Assembly: GCA_044223005.1 (NCBI GenBank)
Contig: JBGAML010000006.1
Coordinates: 64,001-128,000 of the forward strand
Direction: 5' to 3'
DNA from: Candidatus Eiseniibacteriota bacterium
GTDB taxonomy: Bacteria > Eisenbacteria > RBG-16-71-46
DNA length: 64,000 nucleotides
Numbering within the stretch: the first letter of the stretch is position 1; each line of letters begins with the position of its first letter. The notes beneath the pieces are model-generated. The model saw nothing but the letters and a program-made list of their open reading frames with translations, was not told where the DNA came from and did not search any database. This document shows positions 61,254 through 64,000 of the stretch, piece by piece. The position numbers were made by a program, and so were the translations under genes.

Positions 61254-62252
61254 ATGCGCCGCATGGCGAACCTGCGCGTGCTGGAATGGGTGCGGCATCC
61301 GGACGGCATCTGGAACATGCCGCGTCCGGAAGTGGAGCGGCTGCGGCGCGACTTCCCGGACGTGCGGATCGACGCGCCCGTGACGCGCGAGGAGGCCGAG
61401 GCGCTGCTGCCGGAGGCCGAGGTCGTGCTCGGCTTCGTGGTGCGCCCGCACAACCTGGCGCTCGCGACGCGCCTGCGCTGGATCCATTCCACCGCGGCGG
61501 GCGTCGAGGGCGCGCTGTTCCCCGAGCTGGCCACGAGCGACGTCGTGCTCACCTGCGCGCGCGGCATGCACGCGGTCTCGATCGCCGAGCACACGCTGGG
61601 CATGATGCTGGCGTTCGTGCGCGGCCTGCACCGCTCGCGCGATGCGCAGCTCGCCGCGCGCTGGACGCAGCGCGCGCAGGTCGAGGGCCCCGGGTTCGAG
61701 CAGCTGGAGGGTGCGACGCTGGGCCTCGTCGGCTTCGGGCACATCGGCCGCGCGGTCGCGACGCGCGCCCGCGCGCTGGGCATGCGCGTGCTCGCGGTGC
61801 GCCGGCACCCGGCCGGCGATCCGGCTCCGGCCGACGCGCAGTGGGGGCTCGAGCGGCTGCCCGAGCTGCTGCGCGCGAGCGACTGGGTCGTGCTCGTGAC
61901 GCCGCATACGCCGGAGACGTCGCGCATGATCGGCGCCGCGGAGCTCGCGCAAATGAAGCCGACGGCGCGGCTCGTCAACGTCGGCCGCGGCGCATGCGTG
62001 GACGAGCCCGCGCTGGTCGACGCGCTGCGTGCGGGCCGGATCGCGGGTGCGGCGCTCGACGTGATGGGCACCGAGCCGCTGCCGCCCGACAGTCCGCACT
62101 GGGCGATGCCCGAAGTGATCGTGACGCCGCACACGTCGGGGCTGGGCCCGCGCTTCTGGGAGCGCACGACCGATCTCTTCGCCGCGAACCTGCGCCGGTA
62201 CGTCGCGGGTGAGCCGCTCGCCGGCGTGGTCGACAAGCGGGCGGGCTACTGA
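61254..62252 (+). CDS. D-2-hydroxyacid dehydrogenase
   Basis: GFGHIG, NVGRG, GAALDV...EPLP, TPH. Confidence 0.9.
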   Translation: MRRMANLRVLEWVRHPDGIWNMPRPEVERLRRDFPDVRIDAPVTREEAEALLPEAEVVLGFVVRPHNLALATRLRWIHSTAAGVEGALFPELATSDVVLTCARGMHAVSIAEHTLGMMLAFVRGLHRSRDAQLAARWTQRAQVEGPGFEQLEGATLGLVGFGHIGRAVATRARALGMRVLAVRRHPAGDPAPADAQWGLERLPELLRASDWVVLVTPHTPETSRMIGAAELAQMKPTARLVNVGRGACVDEPALVDALRAGRIAGAALDVMGTEPLPPDSPHWAMPEVIVTPHTSGLGPRFWERTTDLFAANLRRYVAGEPLAGVVDKRAGY

Positions 62253-62253
62253 G

Positions 62254-62871
62254 GTGGCCGCGCCCGGCACGCTCGGCATCCTGCTCGCGGGCGGACGCGG
62301 CGAGCGCCTGGGGCTGGGCGTCCCCAAGGCGCTCGCGGTGCTCGGCGGCCGCACGCTGGTCGAGCGCGCGCTGGAGACGCTGCGCGCGTGCTGCGAGCGC
62401 GTGGTGGTGGTGGCGCCGCGCACGATCGAGCTGCCCGTGCCCGCGGAGCTCCGCCGCTGCGACGCCGATCCCGGCGAGGGTCCGCTCGCGGGGCTACTGA
62501 CCGGCGCCGGCGACGGGGAGTTCGAGCGTGCGCTGGTGCTGGGCGTCGACTTCCCGCTCGTGCGGCCGGCGGCGCTCGCGCGGCTGGCCGAGCGGCTCGG
62601 CGGTGCGCACGTCGTGCTGCCGGTGCCGACGGGCGTGCCGCAGCCGCTCGTCGCGTGGTACGCCGCGAGCGCCGTCGCGCCGCTGGCGGCCGCGTTCGCG
62701 CGCGGCGAGCGCTCGATCCGGCGCGCGCTCGATCCGCTCGAACGCGTGCTCGTGTCCGCGGACGAACTCGCGGCGCTGCCCGGCGGCGCGGACGCGTTCC
62801 TCAACGTCAACACGCCCGACGATCTCGCGCGCGCCGAGCGCTCGCTCGCCGCTCACGGAGGAGTTCGATGA
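62254..62871 (+). CDS. mobA: Molybdenum cofactor guanylyltransferase
   Basis: LAGG...R.G...K, GPLAG, D.P, FLNVNTP.DL. Confidence 0.8.
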   Translation: MAAPGTLGILLAGGRGERLGLGVPKALAVLGGRTLVERALETLRACCERVVVVAPRTIELPVPAELRRCDADPGEGPLAGLLTGAGDGEFERALVLGVDFPLVRPAALARLAERLGGAHVVLPVPTGVPQPLVAWYAASAVAPLAAAFARGERSIRRALDPLERVLVSADELAALPGGADAFLNVNTPDDLARAERSLAAHGGVR

Positions 62872-64000
62872 GCCCGGAGGCCGCACCGCTCACGCTGGGC
62901 GGCGTGCCGCTCGACCAGGCGCACGCCACGCTGCGCTCGCTCGAGCCGCACGCCCGCGCGTTCTGGATCCATGATCTCGATGCGTTCGCCGCGCGCGCGG
63001 CGCGGCTGCAGCGCGCGTTCGCGCCGCTGGGTGCGCACCTCGCGTACGCGCTCAAGGCCAATGGCCTGCCCGCGCTGGTGCGCGCCGCGAGCGCCGCCGG
63101 GCTCGAGGCCGACGCGGGCTCGCTCGGCGAACTCGTGCTGGCCGAGCGCTGCGGGTTCGACGCACCGCGCCGCACGCTGAGCGGCAACGGGCACACGCCG
63201 GAAGAAGCGGAATGGGTGGCGCGCCACGGCGTGGCCATGGTGAGCGCGGATCACGTCGGTGAGCTGGACCTGCTCGAGCAGGCCGCGCGCGACGCGGGCA
63301 CGACGGTGCGCGTCGCGCTGCGCGTGAACCCCGGCATCTACATCGCGGGGCATCGCCACATCGCGACCGGGCACAAGGACGCCAAGTTCGGGGTCGGCGC
63401 CGAGGACGCGCTCGCCGCGTGGGAAGCGCGCGCACGCTGGCCGCACCTCGCGGTGGACGGCCTGCACCTGCACATCGGCTCGCAGGTCACGGAGACGACG
63501 CCGCTCGAGGACGCGGCGAAGGTCGCACTGGCGCTGGCGCGCGCGTCGGCGGAGCGCGGCGCGCCGTTGCGATCGCTCAACCTGGGCGGCGGTTTCGGGA
63601 TCGACTACGTGCACGGCGCCGACGTGTTCCCGGTCGAGGCGCACGCCGAGAAACTAGGCGCGATCGCCGCGGGCCAGCCGTACGAGTGGCGTTTCGAGCC
63701 GGGGCGCTGGCTCGTGGCGCCGATCGGCATGCTGGTCGCCGAGGTACTCTGGGTGAAGACGCGCGTCGACGCCGGCGAAACGCGGCGCTTCGTGGTGCTC
63801 GCCGCCGGCATGAACGACCTGCTGCGTCCCGCGCTCTACGGTGCGCATCACCGCATCGTGCCCGTGCGCCCGCGCGCCGGCGACGCGACGCCCGCGACGA
63901 TCGCCGGCCCGGTGTGCGAGAGCGGTGACACGTTTGCGAGCGATCGCGCGCTGCCGCCGCTGGAACGCGGAGACCTGGTCGCGATCCTCGACACGGGGGC
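62868..64000 (+). CDS. lysA: Diaminopimelate decarboxylase (3'-truncated by the window)
   Basis: Read directly from the DNA (not in the ORF track): YALKAN PLP lysine, LRVNP, KFG, HLHIGSQ, GGGFG, EPGR, RPALY, GPVCESGD. Confidence 0.9.
   Translation, partial: MSPEAAPLTLGGVPLDQAHATLRSLEPHARAFWIHDLDAFAARAARLQRAFAPLGAHLAYALKANGLPALVRAASAAGLEADAGSLGELVLAERCGFDAPRRTLSGNGHTPEEAEWVARHGVAMVSADHVGELDLLEQAARDAGTTVRVALRVNPGIYIAGHRHIATGHKDAKFGVGAEDALAAWEARARWPHLAVDGLHLHIGSQVTETTPLEDAAKVALALARASAERGAPLRSLNLGGGFGIDYVHGADVFPVEAHAEKLGAIAAGQPYEWRFEPGRWLVAPIGMLVAEVLWVKTRVDAGETRRFVVLAAGMNDLLRPALYGAHHRIVPVRPRAGDATPATIAGPVCESGDTFASDRALPPLERGDLVAILDTG

Overview
High-GC, Gram-negative-type (diderm) bacterial chromosomal segment. 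It is densely coding, and I found no rRNA, tRNA, CRISPR array or mobile element. The many secreted proteins with FlgD/T9SS-like C-terminal domains, together with PorV-like barrels, suggest an FCB-related lineage such as Ca. Eisenbacteria (inference only). Contents in order: hybrid kinase, solute symporter, yebC, tricorn protease, fabH; a type IV pilus/T2SS-like cluster (pilT-pilB-pilC-pilin-3 minor pilins-pilMNO(P)Q, plus pilD); a divergent duplicated cassette of secreted FN3-repeat proteins with two PorV-like barrels, one fused to a ~270-aa Pro/Ala linker and LysM, where each of the three units is preceded by a sigma54-type -24/-12 motif; a permuted 2-oxoacid dehydrogenase operon ending in crcB; mntR-mntH(USP); MacA/MacB-like genes; a CTD-bearing metalloprotease; a FIST protein with a hybrid kinase; MFS; XRE; a heterodimeric ABC exporter; mobA; and lysA (truncated). 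The best candidate for a new system is 22.2-29.0 kb. Each FN3 protein there appears to lack the first beta-strand of its N-terminal domain, and one ends in an orphan first strand. This suggests a donor-strand-polymerised surface fibre anchored through CTD-PorV, and possibly to peptidoglycan through PorV-LysM. That model is a hypothesis drawn from sequence patterns only.
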